This document shows, piece after piece, positions 33,705 through 35,905 of a stretch of 35,905 nt of DNA. The translations under genes were made by a program, and so were the position numbers. The DNA is from Candidatus Peregrinibacteria bacterium CG11_big_fil_rev_8_21_14_0_20_46_8 (GTDB taxonomy: Bacteria; Patescibacteriota; Gracilibacteria; UBA1369; UM-FILTER-53-11): assembly GCA_002796025.1 (NCBI GenBank), contig PCVQ01000026.1, positions 1 through 35,905 on the forward strand, written 5' to 3'. Within the stretch, counting starts at the first letter, position 1. The number at the start of each line of letters is the position of its first letter. The notes below the pieces were generated by a model. It did not search any database, had not been told where the DNA came from, and saw only the letters and a program-made list of their open reading frames with translations.

Positions 33705-33841
33705 ACTTAAGTAAAAGCGATGAGGTTGTTAGGGGTAAAATAGATTGCAGTTGGCGACCTCATCAAAGATACACCGCTTGCAAAGCGGGATAACTATACG
33801 GTATCAGCGGGATTGAGGCAAGTGTAAAAGGAAATGAAGCG

Positions 33842-35905
33842 CTATGCCTTTTTTGCAGCAGCCTTCTTACGAACCTTTGGTCCCTTACTGATGGTCAAAC
33901 CGTCATCCTTCTTTGCGCCAATTTTTACAAGATCGCCTTCGCTTAAAGTTCCCTCAAGGAACTTTTGCGTCAGTGGATCCTCAACAAGATCTTGAATCTT
34001 GCGGCGCACCGGACGGGCTCCGTATTTCGGATCGTAACTCACCTTAGCCAGGTAATCGAGTGCTGCATTGGTAAGATCAAGAGACATCTGCTTATCACCA
34101 AGACGCTTTGTAAGGCGGCTTAAATTCATTTGTACAATCGCCTTTAAATGCTCGTGGGTGAGGGGATCAAATACAATGATTTTATCGATACGATTCAAAA
34201 ATTCCGGACGGAAGTAGTCAGCCATTTCTTCTAAGATTTCATCACGTATATTTTGATACTCCTCTTCGGCTTGCTTAAGCTTATCGCTACTGAGATCAAA
34301 ACCAATTGGTCCCGCCTTTTCGGTAAGTTTTTCGGCACCGATATTCGAGGTCATTATGATGATTGTATTCTTAAAATCGACTTTGCGGCCCTTACCATCG
34401 GTAAGCACACCATCCTCCAAAATTTGTAAGAGCAGATTAAATACATCGGGATGAGCCTTTTCAATCTCATCAAAGAGAATCACAGAATACGGCTTTCGTC
34501 GGACTGCCTCGGTCAGGCTTCCGCCTTCCTCATAGCCAACATAACCGGCAGTAGTACCTGTTAAGCGGCTTGTATTATGCCGCTCCATAAATTCACTCAT
34601 ATCGATCTTAATAAGCGCGTTCTCATCGTTATATACTTCTTGTGCCAAGGCGCGAACCAGCTCGGTCTTACCAACACCTGTAGGGCCCAGGAAGATAAAT
34701 GAAGCAATTGGACGGTTTTCATCAGCAATACCTGCGCGTGAGCGGCGAATTGCCTTAGAAACTTCGCTAATTGCCTCTTCTTGACCAACAACACGGCTGC
34801 GAAGTGTATTTTCAAGCTTCATCAGTGCATCGACGTCCTCTTTCACTAAACGATTCACCGGCACCCCGGTCATGCTCGAAACAATATTTGCAATATCGGC
34901 CTCTGTTACTTTTTCTCGCTTTTCGCGGGGGATGACGATACGTCGTGCTTCCTCTATTTTTCGGCCGATTTCAAGCTCTTTGCAGCGCAATTCTGCGGCA
35001 GTTTCATAGTCCTGTGCACTTACTGCATCTTCTTTTCTCTTTACTATTTTTGCAAGTTGCTGCTGAAGTTTGCGAATTTCTTCGACATTGCCCTTTGCCT
35101 TTACGCGCTTGCGCGCAGCTGCCTCATCCATTAAATCGATTGCCTTGTCTGGCAGAAAGCGGTCGTGAATATAGCGTTTAGAAAGCTTTACCGCTGCAGC
35201 AAGAGCGCTATCTTCAATAAATAAACTGTGATGATCCTCGTATCCTTTTCGAATGCCGCTCAAGATCTCGACACAATCTTCTTCAGACGGCTCGTCGACC
35301 ATAACCGTTTGAAATCGCCGCTCGAGGGCTGGATCTTGTTCAATTTGCTTTCGGTAGTCATTTGTTGTCGTGGCGCCAATGACCTGCAGCTTACCTCGCG
35401 CCAATGCCGGCTTGAGTATATTTGCCGCATCGAGGCTGCCCTCCGCACTTCCGGCACCAACGACAGTATGCAACTCATCAATAAAGAGAATTACATTCTG
35501 CTGCGCAATAGCTTCATCAATAATTTGCTTTACGCGCTCTTCAAATTCACCTCGGTATTTGGTACCTGCAACAACTGAGGCCATCGAGAGCGAAAGAATC
35601 CGCTTATCGAGAAGTGATTCCGGAACTTGTTCGGTAACAATCGCATGTGCAAGACCTTCGACAACTGCAGTTTTACCAACACCGGGTTCACCGATAAGCA
35701 CGGGATTATTCTTTGTCTTGCGGTTCAAAATAGAGATCATGCGTTCAATTTCTTTTGCACGTCCAATGACTGGATCTAATTTTCCACGGCGGCATTCCGC
35801 CAGAAGATCAGTTGTAAAATAGTCGAGTGCAGGCGTCTTTGTTTTCTCTTTGCCTTGGGCAGCTGCACTTTGCTTATGTTTAAATCCTTCTTTTGCAAAA
35901 TCTTT
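33842..35905 (-). CDS. clpC: ATP-dependent Clp protease ATP-binding subunit ClpC (5' end beyond the right edge)
   Basis: There are two AAA+ modules (GEPGVGKTAVVEGLA; FLGPTGVGKTELVRALA). A short UVR-like middle domain (AVSAQDYETAAELRCKE) is present. So is the ClpP-docking loop GPIGFD. The frame stays open from 35740 to 35905 (..LDPVIGRAKEIERMISIL..), so the true start is off-window. Confidence 0.92.
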   Translation of the reverse strand, partial: KDFAKEGFKHKQSAAAQGKEKTKTPALDYFTTDLLAECRRGKLDPVIGRAKEIERMISILNRKTKNNPVLIGEPGVGKTAVVEGLAHAIVTEQVPESLLDKRILSLSMASVVAGTKYRGEFEERVKQIIDEAIAQQNVILFIDELHTVVGAGSAEGSLDAANILKPALARGKLQVIGATTTNDYRKQIEQDPALERRFQTVMVDEPSEEDCVEILSGIRKGYEDHHSLFIEDSALAAAVKLSKRYIHDRFLPDKAIDLMDEAAARKRVKAKGNVEEIRKLQQQLAKIVKRKEDAVSAQDYETAAELRCKELEIGRKIEEARRIVIPREKREKVTEADIANIVSSMTGVPVNRLVKEDVDALMKLENTLRSRVVGQEEAISEVSKAIRRSRAGIADENRPIASFIFLGPTGVGKTELVRALAQEVYNDENALIKIDMSEFMERHNTSRLTGTTAGYVGYEEGGSLTEAVRRKPYSVILFDEIEKAHPDVFNLLLQILEDGVLTDGKGRKVDFKNTIIIMTSNIGAEKLTEKAGPIGFDLSSDKLKQAEEEYQNIRDEILEEMADYFRPEFLNRIDKIIVFDPLTHEHLKAIVQMNLSRLTKRLGDKQMSLDLTNAALDYLAKVSYDPKYGARPVRRKIQDLVEDPLTQKFLEGTLSEGDLVKIGAKKDDGLTISKGPKVRKKAAAKKA

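Noticed and set aside
1-35905. Search by eye for CRISPR repeats, tRNA/rRNA/tmRNA/SRP RNA, IS elements, integrases, and long direct or inverted DNA repeats.
   Set aside because: I found none. The intergenic regions are short (230 nt or less) and contain only promoter-like and hairpin elements. A proper tRNAscan, cmscan and repeat search should confirm this.

Overview
This is a 35.9 kb window, roughly 43-45% GC by eye and densely coding. I count about 30 protein genes and recognise no rRNA, tRNA, CRISPR array, transposase or integrase. TGA is used as a stop codon, so the standard bacterial code applies.

The housekeeping backbone is trigger factor, L19, ProRS, IF-2, S1 and ClpC (5'-partial at the right edge). 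It also includes a UvrD-type helicase fused to a RecB-like nuclease, and RmuC. A dTDP-sugar gene set is split into two blocks: RmlA+RmlD, and an FdtA-like isomerase+RmlB. A PfkB kinase and a polysaccharide pyruvyl transferase are also present.

Several traits suggest an uncultivated small-genome bacterium (CPR/Patescibacteria-like): scrambled ribosomal-gene context, a soluble TraD/VirD4-like ATPase, Cys-rich zinc-ribbon proteins and almost no Shine-Dalgarno sites. I cannot prove this from the sequence.

Candidates for something new, in order of interest:
1. An orphan four-gene operon (1533-7629) built around a 1054-aa protein with a central two-helix membrane hairpin.
2. A single-gene island of about 62% GC (about 760-1410) carrying a multi-pass membrane protein. 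It has a consensus promoter, the only strong SD in the window, a start-codon-sequestering hairpin and its own terminator.
3. A zinc-ribbon ORF plus a 353-aa protein with 31 Cys (runs of C-x2-C, internally duplicated), sitting next to the orphan TraD/VirD4-like ATPase (28830-32564).
4. A secreted pair (11733-14638): a protein with an outer-membrane-barrel-like C-terminus ending in Phe, and a TSP3/Cys-rich lipoprotein.

All functional calls come from reading motifs by eye. No database search was run.
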